From Bacillota bacterium (GTDB lineage: Bacteria; Pseudomonadota; Gammaproteobacteria; Natronospirales; REEB76): a stretch of DNA of 64,000 bases. The stretch is from positions 2,701-66,700 of the forward strand of contig JBLNDO010000055.1 in the NCBI GenBank assembly GCA_050261675.1, read 5' to 3'. The position numbers and the translations under genes were made by a program. This document shows positions 17,078-27,529 of the stretch, piece after piece. The stretch's first letter is position 1, and every line of letters starts with the position of its first letter. The notes under the pieces are model-generated. The model worked only from the letters and a program-made list of their open reading frames with translations. It did not search any database and was not told the origin of the DNA.

Positions 17078-17626
17078 ATGTACAAGATCAACAAGACGCT
17101 CGTCGCCACGCTGGCCTTGGGCCTCCTGGCCGCGGGTTCCGCCTTCGCCGACGGCACCGCCGCCGCGCCCGCCAAGGCCGCCGCCGCTCCGGCCGCGAAG
17201 CCCGCCGCCGCTGCCCCCGCCGCCGCTCCGGCTGCCAGCACCGCGGCCAAGCCCGCCGCGGCCGGCTCGGTGAACAAGGCGCAGTTCACCAGCGCCGTCA
17301 CCAACCATGAGCCCACCGACAACCTGACCACGCTGGACAACAGCCACACGCGCATCTACTTCTACTGCGTGCTGAACAACCTGCAGGGCCAGGAAGTGAC
17401 CTTCCGCTGGAGCTTCAACGACGTGACCCAGGCGGAAGTGAAGCAGACCCCGGCCTACCCCCACTACCGCACCCAGACCAGCAAGGAGCTCGATCCCTCC
17501 AAGCTCGGCACCTGGAAGGTGGAAGTGATGGACGCCTCGGGCAACACGCTCGCCAGCAAGACCTTCGAGTACACGAAGGCCTCGGGTGACGCCACGGCTG
17601 CACCGGCTGCCGCGACCAAGAAGTAA
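17078..17626 (+). CDS. Secreted DUF2914-like protein with an Ala/Pro-rich linker
   Basis: Signal peptide; AQFTSAVTNHEPTD...YRTQTSK...GTWKVEV. Confidence 0.8.
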   Translation: MYKINKTLVATLALGLLAAGSAFADGTAAAPAKAAAAPAAKPAAAAPAAAPAASTAAKPAAAGSVNKAQFTSAVTNHEPTDNLTTLDNSHTRIYFYCVLNNLQGQEVTFRWSFNDVTQAEVKQTPAYPHYRTQTSKELDPSKLGTWKVEVMDASGNTLASKTFEYTKASGDATAAPAAATKK

Positions 17627-17645
17627 TTCTGTTTTGTGATGATTG

Positions 17646-17676
17646 GAGGGGCCGCAAAAGCGGCCCCTCTTCTTTT
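17646..17676. terminator. Intrinsic terminator
   Basis: gaggggccgc-aaaa-gcggcccctc followed by ttctttt. Confidence 0.8.
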
Positions 17677-17697
17677 CCCACACCGCAAAATCACAAA

Positions 17698-18516
17698 TCA
17701 AGAATTCAGAACGCTCGCGATACGCTTGAGCATGTCGGCATCGGGCAGCACGCCTTCGCCGGCGCGCACGAATTCCGCCATGTGGGCGGGATCGCCGGTG
17801 CCGGGGATGACGGCGGTGACTTCCGGGCGCGCGAGGATGAACTTGAGCAGGAGTTCCGCCCAGCTGCCGTAGCCCGCCTCCCGGGCCCAGTCGGGCAGCG
17901 GCCGCTTGGCGAGGCGGCGGATGAGCCCGCCGCCGCCCAAGGGCCGGTTCACCAGCACCGCCATGCCGCTCTCGGCGGCGAGCGGCAGGAGCCGGGCCTC
18001 CGCGGCCCGGTCCTCGAGGGAATAATCCAGCTGCACGAAGTCCCAGTCCGCGGCGCGCATGACGCTCTCGAGCTCCGCGTGGGCCGAGGGCGTGTAGTGG
18101 GTGATGCCGAGGTAGCGGATGCGGCCCTTGTCCTTCCAGGCGTGGAGCGTCGAGAGGTGGGTGCGCCAGTCCAGGAGGTTGTGCACCTGGATGAGGTCGA
18201 GCCGCCCGCCCATGAACTGCTCCGAGCGCTCCATCTGCCGGATGCCCTCGGCCTTCCCTTCGGTCCAGACCTTGGTGGCGACGAAGGCTTTGGGCGCCCG
18301 CGGCAGGGCGGTGAGCAATTCGCCCACGGCGCCTTCCGCCTTGCCGTACATGGGCGAGCTGTCGATGCAGCGGCCGCCGGCGACGAACAGGGTCTCCAGG
18401 ACGCGTTTCAAATCGCCGCGGCGCGGGTCCTTCGTGGCGACATCGAAATTCTCCCAGGTCCCGATGCCAATAACGGGTAGCTCTTCTCCTGATTTCGGTA
18501 TTTTTCTTGCCAGCAT
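17698..18516 (-). CDS. Aldo/keto reductase
   Basis: LPVIGIGTW, IDSSPMYG, ATKVW and DLIQVHN motifs. Confidence 0.92.
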   Translation of the reverse strand: MLARKIPKSGEELPVIGIGTWENFDVATKDPRRGDLKRVLETLFVAGGRCIDSSPMYGKAEGAVGELLTALPRAPKAFVATKVWTEGKAEGIRQMERSEQFMGGRLDLIQVHNLLDWRTHLSTLHAWKDKGRIRYLGITHYTPSAHAELESVMRAADWDFVQLDYSLEDRAAEARLLPLAAESGMAVLVNRPLGGGGLIRRLAKRPLPDWAREAGYGSWAELLLKFILARPEVTAVIPGTGDPAHMAEFVRAGEGVLPDADMLKRIASVLNS

Positions 18517-19850
18517 CAGCCGATGCTCAAGGTTTTGACGTTCACGAATTCGTGTATCCCATGATGGGAAAGTTCCCTGCCGTAACCCGATTTCTTGATA
18601 CCGCCGAACGGCAGGCGCGGATCGCTCTTCACCATGGCGTTCACGAAGGCGCTGCCGCTGGCGAGCCGCCGGGCGAAGGCTTCGCCGCGCTTCAGGTCCC
18701 GGGTCCACACCGAGCCGCCCAAGCCGTAGGCGCTGCCGTTGGCGACGGCGAGCGCCTCCGCCTCGTCCTTCACGCGGAGGACGCTCGCCACCGGGCCGAA
18801 GAGCTCCTCGCTCCAGGCACGCATGCCGGGCCGTACCCCGTCCAGGATGGAGGCGGGATAGAAGGCGCCCTTGCCTTCCGGCTTCACGCAGCCGAGCAGG
18901 GCCTTCGCCCCCTTGGCGAGGGCGTCTTCCACCTGGGCGTGGAGCGTGTCGCGCAGGTCGAGGCGCGCGAGCGGCGCGAGCGCGAGCTTCTCGGCGCCGG
19001 CGCGGAATTCCTTCAGGAAGGCGTCGGCGACCTTGTCCACCAGGATGAAGCGCTTGGCGGCGATGCAGCTCTGGCCCGCGTTCTGGTAGCGGGCGCGCAC
19101 GCCGGTCTGGGCGGCGAGCGCGAGATCCGCGTCCTCCAGCACCACGAAGGCGTCGGAGCCGCCCAGCTCCAGCACGCATTTCTTGAGGGTCTCGCCGGCG
19201 GCGCGGCCCACGGCGACGCCGGCGCGCTCGCTGCCGGTGAGGCTGACGGCGGCGATGCGTGGATCGCGGATGACCTGGTCCACCAGGGGAATGGGAATGA
19301 GCAGGGTCTGGAACACGCCCGCCGGAAAGCCGGCGGCGCGGAACAGCTCCTCGAGGGCCAGCGCGCAGCCCGTGACGTTGTCCGCGTGCTTCAGCACCAC
19401 CGCGTTGCCGGCGGCGAGCGCCGGGGCCGCGGCGCGGACCACCTGCCAGAAGGGGAAGTTCCAGGGCATGACGGCGAGCACTAGCCCTAAGGGTTCGTAG
19501 GCGACCAGGCTTTTCCTGGAGTCCGTCTCGACGATTTCGTCGGCGAGCATGGCGGCGGCGTGGTCGGCGTAGTAGCGGCAGGCGGCGGCGCACTTCTCGA
19601 CCTCGGCCCGGCCCTCGTCGGGGGCCTTGCCCATTTCGCGGCGCATGAGCTCCGCGAACTCGTCGCGGCGCCTGAGCAGCTCCTCGGCGGCGCGCCGCAG
19701 GTGCGCGGCGCGCTCCGCGTGGCCCGTGCCGCTCCAGGCCGGGGCGGCCGCGGCGCTCTCGGAGAGCGCCCGGTCGAGGCGGCCCAGGTCCCAGGCGGGG
19801 TACTCCCGGAAGCGCTCGCCGCTCGAGGGGTCGATGCTGTGAAACGTCAT
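18516..19850 (-). CDS. NAD(P)-dependent succinate-semialdehyde dehydrogenase
   Basis: MPWNFP, LELGGSD, NAGQSC, EELFGP and PFGGIKKSG motifs. Confidence 0.92.
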   Translation of the reverse strand: MTFHSIDPSSGERFREYPAWDLGRLDRALSESAAAAPAWSGTGHAERAAHLRRAAEELLRRRDEFAELMRREMGKAPDEGRAEVEKCAAACRYYADHAAAMLADEIVETDSRKSLVAYEPLGLVLAVMPWNFPFWQVVRAAAPALAAGNAVVLKHADNVTGCALALEELFRAAGFPAGVFQTLLIPIPLVDQVIRDPRIAAVSLTGSERAGVAVGRAAGETLKKCVLELGGSDAFVVLEDADLALAAQTGVRARYQNAGQSCIAAKRFILVDKVADAFLKEFRAGAEKLALAPLARLDLRDTLHAQVEDALAKGAKALLGCVKPEGKGAFYPASILDGVRPGMRAWSEELFGPVASVLRVKDEAEALAVANGSAYGLGGSVWTRDLKRGEAFARRLASGSAFVNAMVKSDPRLPFGGIKKSGYGRELSHHGIHEFVNVKTLSIG

Positions 19851-19922
19851 GGAACCGCTCCTGCCTATGCTTCGCACGCCAAGCATAGCCCCGCCCCGCG
19901 CCCGCGCGGTAACCTATTCAAC

Positions 19923-21917
19923 ATGGGGCGCCCCGTCCTCGTCTCGTTCTGCTTCACCCTCGCCTTGCTCGGCGCGGCGGGCGCGCGTGCGCAAGGCGCC
20001 ACGGAAGAAGCGGTGCTCACGGAGCAGCGCGCCGAGTTCAAGCTCGCCTGGGCCGCCGCGGAGAAGGGCGACATCCGCACGCTCGCGCCCTACCTCGACA
20101 GCCTCAAGGATTACCCGCTCTACCCTTACCTGCGCTACGCCTACCTGGACGCGACGCTCGACACCGAGCCGGACGGGATGGTGGAGCAGTTCCTGGACGA
20201 GAACGCGGACCTGCCGCTGGCGGACGCGCTGCGCGACGACTGGCTGGTGGCGCTGACCAAGCGCGAGGAATGGTCCAAGGTGCTCGCCTACTCCCGCGAC
20301 GACGGGGCCACGCCGGCCCTGCGCTGCGCCGCGGTGAGCGCGCATTTCCTGAAGCAGGACGAGCCGGACCGCAACCAGTGGAAGGCCGCGGCGCAACGGC
20401 TTTGGCTCACGCCCTCGACGCCGGCGGAGGTGTGCAAGCCCCTGTTCGATTACCTGGAGAGCCAGGGCCTCGTGACCGGCGACATGCGCCGCCGCCGCGT
20501 GGAGCTGGCGCTCCAGGCGAAGGACAGCGCCACGGTGCTGGCGCTGCTGCCCTCGCTGCCGTCGGAGGACCGGGCCTGGGCGCTCGCCTGGACCGCCATG
20601 GCGGCGGACCCCGCCCACGTGCTGGAGGACATCCAGGTGCCGGCGGAGCCGCAGTACCTGGACATGCTCATCGCCGGCGTGCGGCAGGTGGCGCGCACGC
20701 AACCGCTCAAGGCGGCGCACCTGTGGACCGAGCTTTCCCGGCGCTACCGCTTTCCCCACGACGACGCCCGCGACATGCGCACCTTGCTCGCGCTGCAGCA
20801 GGCCTGGCACCTCTTGCCGGAGGCGCGCGCGACCCTGAAGCACCTGCACGAATCCTACGACCCGGAGATCCCGGAGTGGCGCGCGCGGCTCGCGCTGCGC
20901 GCCCAGGACTGGCCGGACCTCTTGCACGCGGTGCAGGCGCTCGGCGCCAACGCCGACAGCCCGGAATGGCGCTACTGGCGCGCCCGCGCCTACGAGGCGC
21001 TGGGACGCAAGAGCGACGCCCGCTGGCTGTATTCGATGCTCGCCAAGACGCCGGACTACTACGGCTTCCTGGCGGCGGACCGCCTGGGCGAGCCTTACCG
21101 CATCGTGCAGCACGCGAGCGAGCCGAAGGAGGACGTGATCCAGGGTCTCGCCGCGCGCCCCGGCTTCGTGCGCGCCCGCGAACTCGTGTACCAGGGCCTC
21201 TATCCGCAGGCGGAGGCGGAATGGAACCTGGCGACCCGCGAGCTCTCGGCGGCGTCGCGCTGCCAGGCGGCGCTCCTGGCGGAACGCTGGGGCTGGCACG
21301 GCCGCGCCATCCCGGTGCTCGCCTCGGGAGGCTGCTGGCAGGACCTCTCGCTCATCTACCCGCTGGCCTTCACCGACACCCTGCAGCCGGCCACCGAGCG
21401 CCTCAACCTGGACCTCTCCTGGGTCTACGGCCTGATCCGCACCGAGAGCGTGTTCCGGCCCAACGCCATTTCGCCCGTGGGCGCCCAGGGGCTGATGCAG
21501 CTGATGCCCGCCACCGGCCGCGACGTGGCGGGACGCCTGGGGCTCCCGGTGGACAAGAAGGGCCTGCTGCTCGACCCGGACACCAACCTGGCGGTGGGCA
21601 GCATGTACCTGCACGAGGTCTTGCAGCACTTCGAGGGCAGCGAGACGCTCGCCACCGCCGCCTACGACGCCGGCACGGTGAAGGTGGAGGACTGGCTGCC
21701 GGAGAGCGGTCTCTTGCCCATGGACGTGTGGGTGGACACCATCCCCTACACCGAGACGCGCAACTACGTGCACCGCGTCATGGGCCACACGGTGATGTTC
21801 GACTGGCGCATCAACGGCAAGCCGCAGCGCCTGAGCTCGCGGCTCGGCGCCGCGGTGGACGGCGGCGGCGAATCCTCGGCCACGGCCGAGGTGACGGTCT
21901 CGCCGGTCGGGCGCTAG
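19923..21917 (+). CDS. slt: Soluble lytic murein transglycosylase (Slt70-like)
   Basis: DYPLYPYL, RTES (catalytic Glu), GLMQLMP, AAYDAG and ETRNYV motifs. Confidence 0.88.
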   Translation: MGRPVLVSFCFTLALLGAAGARAQGATEEAVLTEQRAEFKLAWAAAEKGDIRTLAPYLDSLKDYPLYPYLRYAYLDATLDTEPDGMVEQFLDENADLPLADALRDDWLVALTKREEWSKVLAYSRDDGATPALRCAAVSAHFLKQDEPDRNQWKAAAQRLWLTPSTPAEVCKPLFDYLESQGLVTGDMRRRRVELALQAKDSATVLALLPSLPSEDRAWALAWTAMAADPAHVLEDIQVPAEPQYLDMLIAGVRQVARTQPLKAAHLWTELSRRYRFPHDDARDMRTLLALQQAWHLLPEARATLKHLHESYDPEIPEWRARLALRAQDWPDLLHAVQALGANADSPEWRYWRARAYEALGRKSDARWLYSMLAKTPDYYGFLAADRLGEPYRIVQHASEPKEDVIQGLAARPGFVRARELVYQGLYPQAEAEWNLATRELSAASRCQAALLAERWGWHGRAIPVLASGGCWQDLSLIYPLAFTDTLQPATERLNLDLSWVYGLIRTESVFRPNAISPVGAQGLMQLMPATGRDVAGRLGLPVDKKGLLLDPDTNLAVGSMYLHEVLQHFEGSETLATAAYDAGTVKVEDWLPESGLLPMDVWVDTIPYTETRNYVHRVMGHTVMFDWRINGKPQRLSSRLGAAVDGGGESSATAEVTVSPVGR

Positions 21918-21942
21918 GCGCCTGCCAATACTCGCGCGGGAC

Positions 21943-22350
21943 TCAGCCCGAAGCCGGCGCGGTCCGGATCATCCAGGGCGTGCCGTAGCGGTCCACCAGC
22001 ATGCCGAAGGCCTCGGTGAAGAAGGTCTTCTGCAGGGGCAGGTTGATGCGCCCGCCCTCGGCCAGGGCCTCGTAGACGCGCCGCACCTCGGCGGCGCTGT
22101 CATAGACCAGCGACACGTAGAAGCCCTGCTTCTTCTCGTAGGGCCGGTCCGCCATCCAATCGGAACCGGTGAGGACGCCGCCGTTCACGAGGAGGCTCGC
22201 GAACATGATGCGCTTGCCGCCCTGCGCCGCGCCGGGCGCCTCGGACTCGGAGACGAGCTGCTCCAGCTTGCCACCGAGCACGCGCTCGTAGTGGCGCATG
22301 GCCTCGGCGCAGTGGCCGTCGAAGAACAGGAAGGCAGTGGGCGCGGTCAT
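21943..22350 (-). CDS. VOC/PhnB family protein
   Basis: FLFFDGHCAEAM...FGMLVDRYGTPWMI. Confidence 0.88.
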   Translation of the reverse strand: MTAPTAFLFFDGHCAEAMRHYERVLGGKLEQLVSESEAPGAAQGGKRIMFASLLVNGGVLTGSDWMADRPYEKKQGFYVSLVYDSAAEVRRVYEALAEGGRINLPLQKTFFTEAFGMLVDRYGTPWMIRTAPASG

Positions 22351-22403
22351 GGGCGTCTCCCGTGACGGGTCCGTAAGTATGGCACCGCTGATAATATGGC
22401 GGC

Positions 22404-23627
22404 ATGAAGACCTATCTCGTGGGCGGCGCGGTGCGCGACCAACTGCTCGGCCTGCCCGTGAAGGAAAAGGACTGGGTGGTGGTGGGCGCCACGCCACAGG
22501 AACTCCTGGACCAGGGATACAAGTCCGTGGGCAAGGACTTCCCGGTGTTCCTGCACCCGCAGACCCAGGAGGAATACGCGCTCGCCCGCACCGAACGCAA
22601 GACCGGCAAGGGCTACCACGGCTTCGAGTTCTTCGCGGCGCCGGGCGTGACGCTGGAGGAGGATCTCAGGCGCCGCGACCTCACCGTCAACGCCCTGGCC
22701 CAGGGTCCGGACGGGAGGCTCATCGATCCCTACGGCGGCGAGAAGGATCTAAGGGCGCGGATCCTGCGCCACGTTTCGCCGGCGTTCGCGGAAGACCCGG
22801 TGCGGGTCCTGCGCGCCGCGCGCTTCGCCGCCCGCTTCGCACCGCTCGGCTTCAAGATGGCCGGCGAGACCCTCGCGCTCATGGGCGGCATGGTGGAGAG
22901 CGGCGAGGTGGACCATCTGGTGCCGGAGCGCGTCTGGCAGGAGACCCTGAAGGCCCTCGGCAGCGAGCGGCCGTCGGTGTATTTCGAGGTGCTCAAGGAA
23001 TGCGGCGCGCTCGCGAAGGTGTTCCCGGAGCTCAACCGGCTCTGGGGCGTGCCCCAGCCCGCCAAGTGGCACCCGGAGATCGACACGGGCGTGCACGTGA
23101 TGATGGTGCTGGACCAGGCGGCCCGGCTCACGCCGGACCTCAGCGTGCGCTTCGCGGCGCTCACCCACGACCTCGGCAAGGGCACGACGCCCAAGGACAT
23201 CCTGCCCCACCACTACGGCCACGAGGAGCGCAGCCGCAAGCTGGCGGAGGCGCTCTGCGAGCGCCTGAAGGCGCCGCGGGAATTCAGGGAGCTCGCGGGC
23301 ATCGTGGCGGAGTTCCACGGCCTGGTGCACAAGGCGGAGGAGATCCGCGCCGACACGCTGCTGAAGCTCTTGGAGCGGGTGGACGCCTTCCGCCGGCCGG
23401 AGCGTTTCGAGCTGTTTCTCCTGGCCTGCGAGGCGGACCACCGGGGCCGCACCGGCCTCGAGTCAACCCCCTTCCCCCAGGCTAACTACATCCGCCGCGC
23501 CTTCACCGCGGCGCGGGCCGTGACCACGGAATCGCTGGACACCACGAAGCTCAAGGGCGCGGAGATCGGGGAAGCCTTGCGGAAAAAACGCCTGGACGCG
23601 GTACATACCGCGACGGGCCGCAACTAA
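22404..23627 (+). CDS. cca: Multifunctional CCA tRNA nucleotidyltransferase with HD domain
   Basis: [32 protein letters not shown] and HDLGKG motifs. Confidence 0.97.
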   Translation: MKTYLVGGAVRDQLLGLPVKEKDWVVVGATPQELLDQGYKSVGKDFPVFLHPQTQEEYALARTERKTGKGYHGFEFFAAPGVTLEEDLRRRDLTVNALAQGPDGRLIDPYGGEKDLRARILRHVSPAFAEDPVRVLRAARFAARFAPLGFKMAGETLALMGGMVESGEVDHLVPERVWQETLKALGSERPSVYFEVLKECGALAKVFPELNRLWGVPQPAKWHPEIDTGVHVMMVLDQAARLTPDLSVRFAALTHDLGKGTTPKDILPHHYGHEERSRKLAEALCERLKAPREFRELAGIVAEFHGLVHKAEEIRADTLLKLLERVDAFRRPERFELFLLACEADHRGRTGLESTPFPQANYIRRAFTAARAVTTESLDTTKLKGAEIGEALRKKRLDAVHTATGRN

Positions 23628-23822
23628 ACCACTTCAAAAGCTGCTGCGCTTGGCATAGCTTCGTCTGTAGCAGGATGCGTACGTGCCGCGAAGCACAGGG
23701 ATGTGCGAGAGCGGTGAGCGGTCCCACGAACCATCCCTGGTGGATCGCCAGCCTCGCCTTCCCTGGCGAGCCGTTCGCCGCATGCGACGAACCTACGCTC
23801 GCGACGCTTTTGAAGCGGTTTA
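23625..23822. mobile_element. 198-bp MITE-like element with 17-bp terminal inverted repeats
   Basis: TAAACCACTTCAAAAGC...GCTTTTGAAGCGGTTTA (1 mismatch); each end contains the TAA stop of a convergent gene. Confidence 0.75.
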
Positions 23823-24989
23823 CAAAGTTCGACTTAAATCCCTAAGAGTGAATCCCCGCAGAATTGGATCCAGGCCCTTCGTGAAGCCGATGGCCTTGAA
23901 GCGCTCGCCCATTTCCTCGGGTAGCGTCAGGAGCTTCACCTGCCGCACCGCCTCGGGGCCTTCGTTGATGGCCGCTTCGCCGATGCCGAGTGCGAGCAGG
24001 AAATGGGCCTGGGTGCTGTAGCCCGCGAGCTCGAGTTTTTCCACCACGGCCGCTTCCGCCACGGCGGAGAAATCCACGTAAGCGGTCATGTCCTGCAAGC
24101 CCACGTACAGGAACGGATCGCCGTGGGCGCGGTGGCGGTAATGGCACATGAGCGTGCCCATGGAGCGCTCCCGGTGGTAATAGGCGGCGCGGGTGTAGCC
24201 GTAATCCAGGAACAGGAGCGCGCCGCGCTTCAGCACCCCGGCGAGGCTCGCGATGAGGGGAGCCAGCGTCGGGCAGTATTCGGAGACGTAGCCTTCCGCG
24301 AGGGACACGTCCAGACCAGCGTCCAGGGCCTCCAGCGCCTCGGCGAGCTCGTCGGCGGGCTCTGTCAGCTCCCAGCGGAATCCCTCGCCCTCCGCGGCCA
24401 CGGAGAATTCCTGAAAGCCCTGCGCGGACCTGCGGAAGCGCACCACCGGCAGGGCGTCCAGGACCTCGTTGCCCAGGATCACGCCGGTGAATTCCTTCGG
24501 CAGGGTGTCGAGCCAACGGACCCGGGCGGCGAGCTTGGGCGCCCGCTTTTCGATGGTCGCGCGCTGGCGCTGGCGCAAATCGGCGCTCACTTCCATGATG
24601 AGGTAGGCGCGGGGCAGTTTCTCCAGGCGCTCCATTTCGAGCAAGACGTCCGCCGCCATGACGCCGGAACCGGCACCCAGCTCCAGGATGGAGCCGCCAC
24701 CGAGTTCTTCCAGCACCTCGGCGCACTGGCGGGCGACGCAGTGGGAGAACAAGGGCGAGATCTCCGGCGCCGTGACGAAGTCGCCGGCGGCGCCGAACTT
24801 GCGGGCGCCGGCGCTGTAGTAACCCAAGCCCGGGGCGTAGAGCGCGAGCTCCATGAAGCGCAGGAAGGGGATGCGCCCGCCGACGCGCTCGATGGCCGCG
24901 CGGATGAGCGCGCTCACCCGCTTGCTGTGGGCCAGGGCTTCGGCGGACGGTGGCGGCAGTTCCGCGAGAGACTGGGTGATGGTCGACAC
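23820..24989 (-). CDS. SAM-dependent methyltransferase, MidA/NDUFAF7 (DUF185) family
   Basis: FMELALYAPGLGYY, GDFVTAPEIS, ELGAGSG, NEVLDALP, DYG and EMGERFK motifs. Confidence 0.92.
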   Translation of the reverse strand: MSTITQSLAELPPPSAEALAHSKRVSALIRAAIERVGGRIPFLRFMELALYAPGLGYYSAGARKFGAAGDFVTAPEISPLFSHCVARQCAEVLEELGGGSILELGAGSGVMAADVLLEMERLEKLPRAYLIMEVSADLRQRQRATIEKRAPKLAARVRWLDTLPKEFTGVILGNEVLDALPVVRFRRSAQGFQEFSVAAEGEGFRWELTEPADELAEALEALDAGLDVSLAEGYVSEYCPTLAPLIASLAGVLKRGALLFLDYGYTRAAYYHRERSMGTLMCHYRHRAHGDPFLYVGLQDMTAYVDFSAVAEAAVVEKLELAGYSTQAHFLLALGIGEAAINEGPEAVRQVKLLTLPEEMGERFKAIGFTKGLDPILRGFTLRDLSRTL

Positions 24990-25035
24990 GGATTTCTGCT
25001 CTAATGATGCGGGGTCAGGCCTCGGAATCGCCCGC

Positions 25036-25785
25036 ATGAAGGATAAACCAAAGCTCGCCGGCCGGACCGCGCTCGTCACGGGCGCGGCGAAGCGCCTGGG
25101 CGCGGCCATCGCCCGGACGCTGCACGCCGAGGGCATGAACCTGCTCTTGCACTACAACAAGTCGGAAGCCGAGGCCCTGGCGCTCGCCGACGAACTGAAC
25201 AAGGCGCGGCCGGACTCCGCCGCCATCGCCCAGGCCGACCTCGCCAACACCCAGGGGCTGGAGTCCCTGGTGAAGGCGGCGCTGCAGTGGGACAGCCTGG
25301 ACGTGCTCGTGAACAACGCCTCCAGCTTCAAGCCGACGCCCGTGGGCGCGGTGGGGGAGGACGACTGGGACGAGCTCATGGCGAGCAACCTGAAAGCGCC
25401 GTTCTTCCTCGCCCAGGCGGCGGCGGTGCACCTCAAGAAAAACAACGGCTGCATCGTGAACCTGGTGGACATCCACGCCTGGCGCCCGCTCAAGGAGCAC
25501 ACGGTGTACAGCGCCGCGAAGGCGGGCCTGGTGATGCTGACGCTCTCGCTGGCGCGGGAGCTCGGGCCCGAGGTGCGCGTGAACGGCGTGGCGCCGGGCC
25601 CGGTGCTCTGGCCGGACAAGCCCATGGACGCGGCCCTCAAGAAATCCATCCTCGAGGCCACGGCGCTGAAGCGCAAGGGCTCGCCGGAGGACGTGGCCGG
25701 GGCGGTGCTCTACCTGGTGCGCGACGCGGATTATGTGACGGGACAGATCATCGCGGTGGACGGCGGGCGGAGCATCGGCTGGTGA
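25036..25785 (+). CDS. folM: Pteridine reductase (FolM-like SDR)
   Basis: TGAAKRLG, NNASSF, YSAAKAG and VNGVAPG motifs; lies near folK/folB. Confidence 0.85.
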   Translation: MKDKPKLAGRTALVTGAAKRLGAAIARTLHAEGMNLLLHYNKSEAEALALADELNKARPDSAAIAQADLANTQGLESLVKAALQWDSLDVLVNNASSFKPTPVGAVGEDDWDELMASNLKAPFFLAQAAAVHLKKNNGCIVNLVDIHAWRPLKEHTVYSAAKAGLVMLTLSLARELGPEVRVNGVAPGPVLWPDKPMDAALKKSILEATALKRKGSPEDVAGAVLYLVRDADYVTGQIIAVDGGRSIGW

Positions 25786-26576
25786 GTAAAGCACGTCCTT
25801 CCACACCGGCCACCGTGCTGGTGATCCTCGCGCACCACGACGACGAATTCTTCATGGCGGGCGTGTTGCAGACCCTGGTCGCGGCCGGCGAACAGCTACG
25901 CGTCGCCTACCTCACCCACGGCAGCGCCTACGGTGCCAGCAGCGAGTCGCGCATCAACGAGAGCAACGAGGTGTTGACGCGGCTCGGGATCCCGCCGGAA
26001 AGGGTGAGCCAGCTGGGCGTCGAGCATGACATCTTCGACAGCCATCTGCGCCTCAGGCTCGAGGACGCGGCCAGCGCGCTCGCGGCACTTGCGGCGGACG
26101 AGCCCGTGAAGGCGGTGTACGTGCCCGCCTGGGAAGGCGGCCACCCGGATCACGATTGCGCGCACGTGCTCGGCGTGCAGCTTGCGCGCGGCCTCGCGGG
26201 CCGACCGCCGGTGGAAGAAGTTTCGGGCTACAACGGTTGCGGGGCGCCCGGACCCTTGTTCCGTGTGATGCGATTCATCCCGGCGGACACACCGGTACGG
26301 CGCTGGCCCCTCAGCTTCGCGAAGCGCCTCGCCCTGCTGCGCTTCATCGGCCTCTACCGTTCGCAGCGGCGCACCTTCCTCGGACTCCTGCCCGGCATCC
26401 TCGGGCAGCTGTTCGTCACGGGCGCCTTCGAGTCGCGCCCGGTGCCCGCCTTCGACTATGGCCGACCACCGCACTCCGGACAGCTGTTATACGAGAAGCG
26501 CTTTGGCCTGAGGTTCGAGGACCTCAGCCGTTCACTCCGCGACCTGGAGCGCGCGGCCGCGCTCGCCCCGCACTGA
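25782..26576 (+). CDS. PIG-L/LmbE family deacetylase
   Basis: AHHDDE and GGHPDHD metal motifs; GTG start overlaps the folM stop. Confidence 0.88.
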   Translation: MSKARPSTPATVLVILAHHDDEFFMAGVLQTLVAAGEQLRVAYLTHGSAYGASSESRINESNEVLTRLGIPPERVSQLGVEHDIFDSHLRLRLEDAASALAALAADEPVKAVYVPAWEGGHPDHDCAHVLGVQLARGLAGRPPVEEVSGYNGCGAPGPLFRVMRFIPADTPVRRWPLSFAKRLALLRFIGLYRSQRRTFLGLLPGILGQLFVTGAFESRPVPAFDYGRPPHSGQLLYEKRFGLRFEDLSRSLRDLERAAALAPH

Positions 26577-26589
26577 GGTTGGCCGACTG

Positions 26590-27441
26590 ATGCCCGAATT
26601 CAGCCTGCGCCCGGTCACCAGCGACGACGCCGCGCTCGCGAAGTTGGCGGAGCTGTTCGGCGCCACTTGGTCGGACCAACCCCACCTCGACCTCGCCTAT
26701 CTGCGCTGGTTGTACCGCGACAATCCACGCGGCCCGGTCATCGGCTTCAACGCCTGGGTGGGCGGCAACGTGGCGGGGCACTACGCGGTGATCCCGATTC
26801 TCGCCCTCCACGAGGGCGAAACGCGCCACGCCGCCCTTTCCCTCAATACGGCGGTACACCCCGAACACCAAGGCAAAGGTTTGTTCACACGTCTCGCTGC
26901 GGACACGTATGCGCTCGCCGCGCGTCAGGGTGTGCACCACGTTGTCGGCGTAGCCAACGCCAACAGCAGCCATGGCTTCACCCAGAAGCTCGGTTTTCAG
27001 CTGATCAGCCCGCTCAAGGCGCGCTTCGTGAGCACCCCGCCGCGTGAGCCGGCGGCAACAGCCGCCTGGGAACAGGCGTGGAGCCCCGAAGTCTACCGTT
27101 GGCGCCTCGCCCGCCCGCATGCTCGCTATCGCTGGAGTCGCCTGCATGGGTCGCTTTGTTGGTGGTCGGCCACCCACGTGCACGGCATCCAGGCGCTGAT
27201 GCAATACGGTGTGTCTCCCCCGTACGACGAACTGCTCCGCGCCGGCGTGCCCCGCGGTGGATGGAATCCACTCAGGATGTGGATAGGATTGGAACCGGAA
27301 CACGAGCCCCGCGGCTTCGACCTGCCGGCCGCATTGCGACGTTCGCCCCTCAACCTGATTTTCAAGCCGCTGCAGGGCGGCGCGGCCATGCCCGATCCAC
27401 GCCACGTGCGCTTCTCGCTGGCGGACTTCGACGCCTACTGA
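26590..27441 (+). CDS. GNAT family N-acyltransferase
   Basis: AVHPEHQGKGLF acetyl-CoA motif. Confidence 0.85.
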   Translation: MPEFSLRPVTSDDAALAKLAELFGATWSDQPHLDLAYLRWLYRDNPRGPVIGFNAWVGGNVAGHYAVIPILALHEGETRHAALSLNTAVHPEHQGKGLFTRLAADTYALAARQGVHHVVGVANANSSHGFTQKLGFQLISPLKARFVSTPPREPAATAAWEQAWSPEVYRWRLARPHARYRWSRLHGSLCWWSATHVHGIQALMQYGVSPPYDELLRAGVPRGGWNPLRMWIGLEPEHEPRGFDLPAALRRSPLNLIFKPLQGGAAMPDPRHVRFSLADFDAY

Positions 27442-27529
27442 ATCCTCAACGCGCGTCCCTCGCGGGCGTTTTGGTAGACTGGGTGCCGCATCCGGGGCGC
27501 CATCCAGAAGGAATCCAGGGAATATCGGC

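Noticed and set aside
19851-19877. GGAACC-N16-CGCAC upstream of slt as a fourth ECF promoter
   Set aside because: The -10 element lacks the CGT core; a chance match is plausible.
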